From an uncultured Eubacteriales bacterium (GTDB lineage Bacteria > Bacillota > Clostridia > Christensenellales > CAG-138), in assembly GCA_900546845.1 (NCBI GenBank), contig UREK01000001.1:182774-246773 (forward strand): a stretch of DNA of 64,000 nt, given 5' to 3'. The translations under genes were made by a program, and so were the position numbers. A model generated the notes under the pieces. That model worked only from the letters and a program-made list of their open reading frames with translations. It did not search any database and had not been told where the DNA came from. Below, piece by piece: positions 18,601 to 25,251 of the stretch (position 1 is its first letter; every line of letters starts with the position of its first letter).

Positions 18601-20429
18601 AGCGCCGCAGCGGCCTCCGCGCGCAGCGCGGGGAATGCGGAATACTTGAGCAAGCAGCGCAGCGCGCCGATGCGCTCCCGCGCCTCCAGCGCGGCAAGCG
18701 CGCTTTTGAGCATGCCGAGCAGCGCGGCATGTTCCTCCTGTGTGAACAGCGAAAACGGCACGTGGGAAAGCGTATCCACCAGCACGAAGCGGTCGTTCCC
18801 CTCGGCAGAGAGGATCCGGCGGTAAAGCGGAAGTAGGTAATGCCGCGCCTCGGCCGGGTCGACGCAGAGGAACAGGCTTTCCGCAACGGTCTTGAGCGAA
18901 TTGGAGATGCGCTGCGCGTGCTTGGGGGAGATCTTGTGATCCGGATGAAGGCAAAGGGCGATGTAATGTTCCCAAAGATCCGTGGATTCCTGCAAAAGCG
19001 CCATCATCGCAGGCGCCATGGCGGTGGGCGGCGCGCCCTCGGGCAGCTCCTTGCGATAGCGCGGGCCGCTGTTTGCGAGGATCTGACCGAGGATGCGCCC
19101 GGCGTTGCGGCGCACGTCGCCTTCCCGGTGCATCAGCAGCTCGTAGAGGAACGCGAGCAGATGGAGCTTGTGCTCCCGGGTCATATAGGTGCTGTATTCC
19201 TCAAACAGTTGCAGATACGTGCGGATGCGGTGCAGGTTCTTTTCGCTGCGCGCTTGCTCCAGCAGCTCCGCGAAGGAAGCGCTGCTGCCGAGCATGCGCA
19301 TGAGGAGCACGTTGTTGCGGAACGTGAGGTTCGTGAGGGAAGCCGCGTTTTCCGCGGGCGTGAGCAGCGCCGGGTCCACGGCAGTAGGGAGGAGAAGCGC
19401 GTCCCCGGAAAGCTCCGAAGGCACACCGCAGCTCAGGAGGAAGCGCTCAAAATCGCGCAGCTTGGCGTACACCGTGCGGTAGCGGCGGCCCTTTTCCTCC
19501 GTCATGTCCGCAAGTTTGCCGAAGATCACGCTGTAAGCCTCCGAGAGGGAATAGATCGAGACGCGTTCGCGGCCTTCTGCGTCCCGCACGCCGCGCACGC
19601 GGAAGTCCGCATAGATGAGCAGCAACGATTCGAGCTGGAGGTTTTCAAACTCAAGATCCCACGTGGAATGGTTGGCCGCGATGTGGGCGATGGCGGGCAT
19701 GCCGCCGCGCGTGAGCCAATCCCAGGTGTAATAATAATGCAGATAGGGGACGCGCCGGGCGTCCTTGCCGCGGCAGCCGAACTTGCCGGCGTCGTGGCTG
19801 AGCGCAGCCGCACTCACGAGCGCAACGTCCACCGGAAGCCCGGCCTTTGCGGCCATGCGCGCCGCGTGCACGGCAACGTTGTGCACGCCGATGGTGTGGG
19901 AAGCCGGGTCGAACGGCATGATCTCCCGGCCGATGCGCAGGAGCGCGACGAAGCGGGCGGCGCAGACGGCGGTGCGGAACGCGGCGTATTCCTCCCGGAT
20001 GAGGCTTTCGGCTTCTTCCTCCGGGGTGAGCACGTAAAGGTCAGTCAAGGGATCGAACGGGCAATGCTCCCGCTCGCGCGCGAGCAGCCAGGTGAACACC
20101 GTGAGGAAGAATTCAAGCGCCTGCGCCTGCGGCTGTGCGGGCGGGGTAAAGCGCGCGTCCGGGAACATCCGGTCCGCCAGATAGGCGTAGATATACGGCA
20201 GCCAGCCGCCGTCCGGCGCGGGAGAGAGCGCTTCCATCACGGGCAGGCACAGCGAGAGCACCTCTTGCGCCATGGCGCGCGCGCCGGGCTCCCGGCGATG
20301 CAGCGCGGCGGGAAAGGCAGCGGCGCCGAGCGCTTCCCGGAGTGCGCGCCGGGAAAGGCCTACGTGCGCGGCATAGCGGCCATAGAGCGTATCGAAGAGC
20401 GGCTTATAATATCCCTGCAAATCGTTCAT
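15693..20429 (-). CDS. 1578-aa multidomain protein: HD phosphohydrolase + helical repeats + HxGH/ISSTxxR nucleotidyltransferase + GNAT-like region + PRTase-like region
   Basis: Single uninterrupted ORF. HD region: HNVAVHAARM...AALSHDAGKF...LLIYADFRV (aa ~175-280). Nucleotidyltransferase: FFPGTFDPFSAGHKRIV and SVSSSRIREYI (aa ~900-1065). PRTase-like: RRPVLLVDDLLHNGYRL (aa ~1385-1400). AGGGGA SD precedes the ATG. Confidence 0.8.
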   Translation of the reverse strand: MNDLQGYYKPLFDTLYGRYAAHVGLSRRALREALGAAAFPAALHRREPGARAMAQEVLSLCLPVMEALSPAPDGGWLPYIYAYLADRMFPDARFTPPAQPQAQALEFFLTVFTWLLAREREHCPFDPLTDLYVLTPEEEAESLIREEYAAFRTAVCAARFVALLRIGREIMPFDPASHTIGVHNVAVHAARMAAKAGLPVDVALVSAAALSHDAGKFGCRGKDARRVPYLHYYYTWDWLTRGGMPAIAHIAANHSTWDLEFENLQLESLLLIYADFRVRGVRDAEGRERVSIYSLSEAYSVIFGKLADMTEEKGRRYRTVYAKLRDFERFLLSCGVPSELSGDALLLPTAVDPALLTPAENAASLTNLTFRNNVLLMRMLGSSASFAELLEQARSEKNLHRIRTYLQLFEEYSTYMTREHKLHLLAFLYELLMHREGDVRRNAGRILGQILANSGPRYRKELPEGAPPTAMAPAMMALLQESTDLWEHYIALCLHPDHKISPKHAQRISNSLKTVAESLFLCVDPAEARHYLLPLYRRILSAEGNDRFVLVDTLSHVPFSLFTQEEHAALLGMLKSALAALEARERIGALRCLLKYSAFPALRAEAAAALDALPGAPEPAVAYLCGHVRAVLCPGAPEPPALDISELYLSNLKNAVHWTVKLVQIDALSAHAAASRTDAFHIAMHLSNLLCVSEHLPVREHAGKSLVRIAKYLSVDQCNEIVIDLLRELETGQSEVARFISPCVGRLICRLPQKEFDECMDMLEALLRSANVQASCAAIRTFSVILYTVAIDAGDAFDPKDAERILGLLLTGVAHYDATIHSTALGVLCRDFFYNNYVPLAARRACFPGVVKKLRTLLAEPREGRLDFYNQAAMLNHLYRFVTECEVAFGPFEFPPLRPAAFFPGTFDPFSAGHKRIVREIRARGFEVYLAVDEFSWSKRTLPRLLRRQIVSMSVADFADVFLFPDDIPVNLAVPDDLARLASLFPERELFLVAGSDVIRNASAYRAGLPGGAAGYNHIVFVRDESAESVAVRPLSDVIRGKLILLSLPAYYESVSSSRIREYIDKNLDISMLLDPVVQEFIYSRGLYLRSPQLKHIIALRELYFESWRPGGPPTGCPELDARLAELERPSAALLRRRDQARPLGYALGRTLHVSGLYAALNGRAAAEAVRLEAAGRVLLIEEVRLEDAAIREGLLLLVTELLARALSGDCTSALYVSRENDPLRPTLEQMGFLPVHGQEDILIVDMRAPLVLVQDALERIKPPLHDDDAVRDVVYAARPALRRAIAAMFPGALLLCFNTELLNQALVHRVRAAAGVERLAPGEGLGADMCVPYGKILSGEVVPNVVTKTLHADKVFDAGITGFTITEYPGYSSLANQVRTLKSFRRPVLLVDDLLHNGYRLEMLDPIFRQEDVEIRRIIVGVLSGRGKDLMDFQGRAVDCEYFIPNLRYWFTESLQYPFLGGDSVQADRRTGGLLPSVNLIFPYACPRYLHGVPETALRNFSRVSLQNAMDILAVLERRHQALLNTSLTLKRLPEALYRPRLPDKGMHMQYDPGAFASACLADDMALFQRLGRMEET

Positions 20430-20468
20430 GCGGTTCCCCTAATGTTACGAATTTATCATTCCATACTA

Positions 20469-20477
20469 ATTATATCA
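20469..20477 (-). promoter_or_regulatory. possible extended -10 promoter (TGaTATAAT) for the 1578-aa gene
   Basis: The minus strand reads ttTGaTATAATtag about 40 nt upstream of the ATG at 20429. No good -35. Confidence 0.35.
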
Positions 20478-20519
20478 AAAAACGAGCATGGAAAAAAGGG
20501 GCGGATGCTCCGCCCCTTT

Positions 20520-20715
20520 CAGCTTGTCAAAAAGTCTCTCTGGGATTGTCAAGGGCCGCAGCCCTTGACTTATGATCGTGAGCAGCGACCTGTGCGGTGC
20601 GAGCGAAAAGCCTTGCGGCGCAAGGCTTTCTTTACACGGAGCGCTGACCGCGCCATAGGCGCAAGCGCGATGTGAATACCTTAATAAAGTGGCATCTGCC
20701 ACTTTATTGACAGCC
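20520..20715. repeat. interspersed hairpin-rich repeat, copy A (full length, ~196 bp)
   Basis: Begins cagcttgtcaaaaagtctctc.gggattgtcaagggcc and ends aagtggcatctgccact..ttgacagcc. Aligns along its length with 32788..32974 and with both ends of 26690..26794. Confidence 0.85.
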
Positions 20716-20717
20716 GG

Positions 20718-20746
20718 AAAGGGGCGGATGTTCCGCCCCTTTTCAG
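20718..20746 (-). terminator. terminator hairpin after the MerR-family gene (duplicated at 20495..20522)
   Basis: ggggcgga-tgt-tccgcccc flanked by A and T runs, immediately after the stop at 20751. Confidence 0.5.
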
Positions 20747-20750
20747 GCCA

Positions 20751-21515
20751 TTATAAGCATTCTGTATAACATTTCACCGCGTCCCGCAGGAACTGCGCGC
20801 AGCCCGGCAGTTCCCTGTCGTAATAGGCGGTAAAGCGCGCATCCGCAGCGTAAAGCTCCGCGATGCCCGCATGTTGCCTCGGGTCATAGCGCGGGATGGT
20901 GTAGCCGAGCCATTCCCGGTGCATCGCGGCGATCTTCTGGCCTTGTGGGCCATCCGGCGCAGCCTGCATGCGCACGGCCTCCGCGAGCGCCGCGCGGATA
21001 TTTTCTTCGAGCACCGCCCAGGCCGCATGCCGCTCTGCGCTCATGCCGAGCAGCGCGGCGTTAGCCGCGTCCACCGCGCCGCTGCCATAGGCCGCACGCG
21101 CCTCTGCACCATATTTTTCTTCGTTTTTGCGTACCAGATCGCGCTTGAAGGCTTCAAATTTTTCCGAATCGTTCATCGTATTCTCCCCTTTCCGGTCGTC
21201 CAACGTTTTTTGTACCGTCAGGATCAGCGCGTCGATCCGCGCCCGCTGCCGGGTCAGCTCTGCAAGGTGGCTCTGCAGCGCCGCCGTCTCGCTGAACCCC
21301 GGGCTGTCGAGGATGCGTTTGATCTCTGCGAGAGGGAAGCCCAGCTCCCGGAAAAACAGGATCTGCTGGAGCCGGTCCACCGCGCCCGCGCCATAAAAAC
21401 GATAGCCGGCTTCGTTGAGACGCGTGGGCTTCAAAAGCCCGGTTTCGTCATACCAGCGCAGCGTGCGCGGGCTGACGCCCGCAAGCTCCGCGAGCCCCTT
21501 CACCGTGTATTCCAT
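20751..21515 (-). CDS. MerR-family transcriptional regulator with a TipAS-like C-terminal domain
   Basis: 254 aa. N-terminal YTVKGLAELAGVSPRTLRWYDETGLL (MerR HTH), a coiled-coil, and a C-terminal ~140 aa resembling TipAS/SkgA. Confidence 0.8.
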   Translation of the reverse strand: MEYTVKGLAELAGVSPRTLRWYDETGLLKPTRLNEAGYRFYGAGAVDRLQQILFFRELGFPLAEIKRILDSPGFSETAALQSHLAELTRQRARIDALILTVQKTLDDRKGENTMNDSEKFEAFKRDLVRKNEEKYGAEARAAYGSGAVDAANAALLGMSAERHAAWAVLEENIRAALAEAVRMQAAPDGPQGQKIAAMHREWLGYTIPRYDPRQHAGIAELYAADARFTAYYDRELPGCAQFLRDAVKCYTECL

Positions 21516-21539
21516 GGCATTCTCCTCCTGACATAACCG

Positions 21540-21570
21540 AGTATAAGGGTTGCCGTTACGGCAAGGTCAA
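21540..21570 (-). promoter_or_regulatory. MerR-type promoter: TTGACC - 19-bp spacer containing the palindrome TTGCCGTtACGGCAA - TATACT
   Basis: Read on the minus strand. -35 at 21565..21570, -10 at 21540..21545, perfect 7+1+7 dyad at 21550..21564. A 19-bp spacer is the hallmark of MerR-activated promoters. Confidence 0.6.
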
Positions 21571-21579
21571 GGCCTTTTT

Positions 21580-21610
21580 AAAGAAATCGCCCCGCTTTTT
21601 TGCGGGGCGC
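21580..21610 (-). terminator. intrinsic terminator after nadE
   Basis: Stem cgccccgc/gcggggcg. On the minus strand it is followed by ATTTCTTT. Confidence 0.55.
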
Positions 21611-21616
21611 AAAGCG

Positions 21617-23518
21617 CTAGTTTTGTTCCGCCCAGGCGAGCCAGAGCGCGGCGGAAGCGTCGCTCGGCATGCGCCAATCCCCGCGGGGGGAGAGCGTGAC
21701 CGAGCCGATCTTCGGCCCATCCGGCAGGCAGGAGCGCTTGAACTGCTGCTGGAAGAAGCGGCGGTAGAAATTCTTGAGCCACTTGCGGATGGTTTCCCCG
21801 TCATATTCCTCCGAAAAGGCGGCTTCCGCCAAACGCAGGATCTTTTCCGGCGGGAAGGCCCAGCGCAGCATGTAATACAGGAAAAAGTCGTGCAGCGCAT
21901 AGGGGCCGACAAGGTCCTCCGTGACCTGGCTGATCTCGCCGCCCTTTGCGGGCAGAAGCTCCGGGCTTACGGGCGTGTCGAGCACGTCGAGGAGCGTCGC
22001 GCGCAGGGCGTCTTCCGCCGTGTCCGCAGCATAGCGTACCAGATGGCGCACGAGCGTTTTTGGCACGGAGGCGTTTACGCCGTACATGGACATATGGTCG
22101 CCGTTGTAGGTCGCCCAGCCGAGCGCGAGCTCTGAAAGGTCGCCCGTGCCGATGACGAGGCCGTTCACCTGGTTTGCGATGTCCATGAGCACCTGGGTGC
22201 GCTCCCGCGCCTGGCAGTTTTCAAAGGTGGTATCCTGCCGGGCCGGGTCGTGCCCAATGTCCCGGAAATGCTGCTCCACGGCGGCGGTGATGTCAATCTC
22301 CCGCAGCGTCGCGCCGAGCGCTTCCGCGAGCCGGTGCGCGTTTGTGCGGGTGCGGCGCGTTGTGCCGAAGCAGGGCATGGTGACGGCAACGAGGTTTTCC
22401 CGCGGCAGGGATAGAAGCGCGAGCGCGCGGGCGGCCGCGAGCAGCGCCAGCGTGGAATCCAGCCCGCCGGATACGCCGATGACGCCATGCGCGCAGTGCG
22501 CGGCCCGCATGCGTGCCGCAAGGCCCGCCGCCTGCATGTGGAGGATCAGTTCGCAGCGCTCTGCCCGCTCGCCGCCGCCTTCCGGCACAAAGGGATAGGC
22601 GGGGACGCGGGAAAGCGCAGAGAGGCGCGGCTCCATATCGAACAGGATGGTTTGGCAGATTCCCCGCCGCTGCGGATAGGTCGTCATGCGGCGGCGTTCG
22701 GAAGCGAGACGCTGCACGTCCAGCTCCGCGGCGCAAAGCCCTTGTGCGAACGGGGCGCGCTCGGCGAGCAGCGCCCCGTTTTGCGCGATGAGGCTGTGGC
22801 CGGAAAAGACCATGTCCGTCGTGGATTCGCCCGTGCCTGCATCGGCATAGAGATACCCGCAGACGAGCCTGCCGGACTGGGCGCGCACGAGCGTGCGCCG
22901 GTATTCCGCCTTGCCGATGACCTCGTCGCTCGCCGAAAGGTTTGCGATGACCGCCGCCCCCTCGCGGCAGAGCAGCCCGGAAGGCGCATCCGGCACCCAA
23001 AGATCCTCGCAGATCTCCACGCCGAGCGTGAAGGCCGGGAGCGCCTCACAGGCGAACAGCAGGTGCGGCGAGAGCGGCACGGGATACCCGAAGGGCGCAA
23101 CGGTTTCGGAAAGCTCCGCGCCGGAGGCGAAATGCCGCTGCTCGTAAAACTCGCCGTAATTGGGGATGTGTGTTTTCGGTACGAGGCCGAGGAGCTTTCC
23201 CTTGTGGCACACGGCGGCGCAGTTATAGAGTTTGTTGCCGGAGGGGAAGGGGAGCCCGGGCAGGAGCAGCAGGTCGAGCGCCGCGGTTTCCTCCAGGATA
23301 CGCGCGAGCGCGCGAAGCGCGCCTTCGAGCAGCGTTTGCTGCAAAAACAGGTCGCCGCAGGTATAGCCCGTGACGCAAAGCTCCGGCAGCGCAAGCAGGC
23401 GAATGCCCGCGGCGTCCGCCTCCCGCGCAAGCGCGATGATCCGCGCCGCGTTATAATCGCAATCCGCAACGCGGATTGCGGGCGTGGCGGCAGCAACCTT
23501 CACAAATCCGTCTTTCAT
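21617..23518 (-). CDS. nadE: glutamine-dependent NAD+ synthetase
   Basis: 633 aa. N-terminal CN-hydrolase domain (LLALPELCVTGYTCGDLF) and C-terminal NAD synthetase domain (GVSGGLDSTLAL, the SGGxDS PP-loop). Confidence 0.9.
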   Translation of the reverse strand: MKDGFVKVAAATPAIRVADCDYNAARIIALAREADAAGIRLLALPELCVTGYTCGDLFLQQTLLEGALRALARILEETAALDLLLLPGLPFPSGNKLYNCAAVCHKGKLLGLVPKTHIPNYGEFYEQRHFASGAELSETVAPFGYPVPLSPHLLFACEALPAFTLGVEICEDLWVPDAPSGLLCREGAAVIANLSASDEVIGKAEYRRTLVRAQSGRLVCGYLYADAGTGESTTDMVFSGHSLIAQNGALLAERAPFAQGLCAAELDVQRLASERRRMTTYPQRRGICQTILFDMEPRLSALSRVPAYPFVPEGGGERAERCELILHMQAAGLAARMRAAHCAHGVIGVSGGLDSTLALLAAARALALLSLPRENLVAVTMPCFGTTRRTRTNAHRLAEALGATLREIDITAAVEQHFRDIGHDPARQDTTFENCQARERTQVLMDIANQVNGLVIGTGDLSELALGWATYNGDHMSMYGVNASVPKTLVRHLVRYAADTAEDALRATLLDVLDTPVSPELLPAKGGEISQVTEDLVGPYALHDFFLYYMLRWAFPPEKILRLAEAAFSEEYDGETIRKWLKNFYRRFFQQQFKRSCLPDGPKIGSVTLSPRGDWRMPSDASAALWLAWAEQN

Positions 23519-23545
23519 GAAGAAAAACTCCTTCTCGTAAAATCA

Positions 23546-23807
23546 AAAGGCTGTGCCGGGACTCCCAGTCAGCCTCAGGATGCAAAAACTCCGGGGGTTC
23601 GGGGGCCGCAGCCACCGGGAGTTTGGTTCGGATTTGGCGACCAGCGCGCCAAATCCGCAAAAGCGCTTGCGGAGCAAGGCTTTCTTTGCATTTGGAGCCA
23701 GCCGCGCCGGAGGCGCAGGCGCCGAATGAGAGATTCCCGAGGAAGCGGCGCAGGCCGCTTCCTCGGTGCAGAAAGGCTGTGCCGGGACTCCCGGCAGCCT
23801 CAGGATG
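23546..23807. repeat. mosaic hairpin-rich repeat, copy D (diverged relative of copies A/C) bounded by 36-37-nt direct repeats
   Basis: Direct repeats aaaggctgtgccgggactccc(ag/g)(t)cagcctcaggatg at 23546..23582 and 23772..23807. The core segment 23655..23730 aligns with 20600..20672 of copy A (aaaagc.cttgcgg.gcaaggctttcttt...gcgcc..aggcgca.gcgc). Confidence 0.7.
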
Positions 23808-23824
23808 GCACAGGCGCGGCGGTT

Positions 23825-25240
23825 TTACACCTTTACGCTCTGCAGCTCGGCGGTTTCGCCCGAAAGCAGCGGCGCGCATTCCGCGAGGAAGGCCGTAACC
23901 TGTTCCGGGCAGCGGCCGATGAACGCGCGCGGGTCGAGCGCGACGCGGATCTCTGCCTCGCCGAGCGGGAAGGCCGCATCCGCCGCAAGGCGTTCGAGCA
24001 GGTCGCAGCGCTCGCCATCCTTGATGCGGCGCGTAGCGGCCATGGAGTGCGTGCGGATGATCTCGTGAAGCGCCTGGCGGTCGCCGCCGCGCTTCACGCC
24101 TTCCATGAGGAGGTTTTCCGTCGCAAGGAAGGGCAGGAAGTTCTCCATCGCCTTTTCTATGATCTTTTCGTTTACGTGCAGGCCGGAAGCGACGTTGTGG
24201 TATAGCCGGAGCGCCGCGTCCACCGCGAGGAAGGCTTCCGGCAGGGCGATGCGTCGGTTGGCGGAATCGTCCAGCGTGCGCTCGAACCATTGGGCCGAGG
24301 CCGTCATGGGCGCGTTCTGCGCGTTCGCCATCACGTAGCGCGAAAGGGAGCAGATGCGCTCGCTGCGCATGGGGTTGCGCTTGTAGGCCATGGCCGAGGA
24401 GCCGATCTGATCCTTTTCAAAGGGCTCCTCCACCTGCTGGTCGTGCTGCAAAAGGCGCAGGTCGTTGCCGAACTTATGCGCGCTCTGCGCCACGGAGGAA
24501 AGCGCGGCAAGGATGCGGCTATCGAGCTTGCGCGGATACGTCTGGCCGGAGACGGCGTAGCAGCGCTCGAAGCCGAATGCGTTGGCGATGATGCGGTTCA
24601 TCTCGTCGATCTTTGCCGTATCGCCCTCAAAGAGATCCAGGAAGCTCGCCTCCGTGCCCGTGGTGCCGCGGCAGCCGAGGAAGCGCATCGCGGAGAGCAC
24701 CGCGTCGATCTCTTCAAGATCGAGCACGAGATCCTGCATCCAAAGGCAGGCGCGCTTGCCGACGGTCACCGGCTGCGCGTTTTGATAGTGGGTATAGCCT
24801 GGGGTGGGCAGCGCCTTATAGCGTTCCGCAAAGGCGGCAAGATCCCTGAGCACGGTCACGATCTCCGCGCGCACGAGCCTGAGCGCATCCCGGTAGATCA
24901 CGATGTCCGCGTTGTCGGTCACATAGCAGCTCGTTGCGCCCAGGTGGATGATGCCCTTCGCGTTCGGGCAGCGGAGGCCATAGGCGTAGATATGCGCCAT
25001 CACGTCATGCCGGACGGCGGCTTCCCGTTCGGCAACGGCTTCATAGTCGATGTCTGTCAGATGCGCACGGAGTTCTTCCACCTGCGCCTCGGTGATGGGC
25101 AGGCCGAGCCTGCGCTGCGCGTCCGCGAGCTCCACCCAAAGTCTGCGCCAGGTGGAGAAACGCGTATCCGCGGAGAACAGGCGCTGCATGCGCTCGGAGG
25201 AATAGCGGGAGCAAAGCGGGCTTTCATAGCGGTCCTTCAT
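23825..25240 (-). CDS. purB: adenylosuccinate lyase
   Basis: In ORF 23825..25399(-), start at MKDRYESPLCSRYSS (25240). Contains GSSAMAYKRNPMRSE (fumarate-lyase signature). Confidence 0.9.
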   Translation of the reverse strand: MKDRYESPLCSRYSSERMQRLFSADTRFSTWRRLWVELADAQRRLGLPITEAQVEELRAHLTDIDYEAVAEREAAVRHDVMAHIYAYGLRCPNAKGIIHLGATSCYVTDNADIVIYRDALRLVRAEIVTVLRDLAAFAERYKALPTPGYTHYQNAQPVTVGKRACLWMQDLVLDLEEIDAVLSAMRFLGCRGTTGTEASFLDLFEGDTAKIDEMNRIIANAFGFERCYAVSGQTYPRKLDSRILAALSSVAQSAHKFGNDLRLLQHDQQVEEPFEKDQIGSSAMAYKRNPMRSERICSLSRYVMANAQNAPMTASAQWFERTLDDSANRRIALPEAFLAVDAALRLYHNVASGLHVNEKIIEKAMENFLPFLATENLLMEGVKRGGDRQALHEIIRTHSMAATRRIKDGERCDLLERLAADAAFPLGEAEIRVALDPRAFIGRCPEQVTAFLAECAPLLSGETAELQSVKV

Positions 25241-25251
25241 GGCAGCTCCCC

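Noticed and set aside
16632-20675. Two long plus-strand ORFs (624 aa and 611 aa)
   Set aside because: They are antisense to the 1578-aa gene, whose frame carries HD, HxGH and PRTase-like motifs. The plus-strand translations are low-complexity and R/A/G/E-rich.
20475-20702. Small ORFs inside the repeats (20475..20702 and 32795..33055) giving similar 'peptides' (…QGLRPLTIPERLF…)
   Set aside because: The similarity merely reflects repeated DNA. The frame is not preserved in copy B, and the sequence is a chain of perfect hairpins, which points to a nucleic-acid-level element.
22487-24205. 572-aa plus-strand ORF spanning nadE, repeat D and purB
   Set aside because: It crosses an intergenic repeat and is antisense to two well-supported genes.
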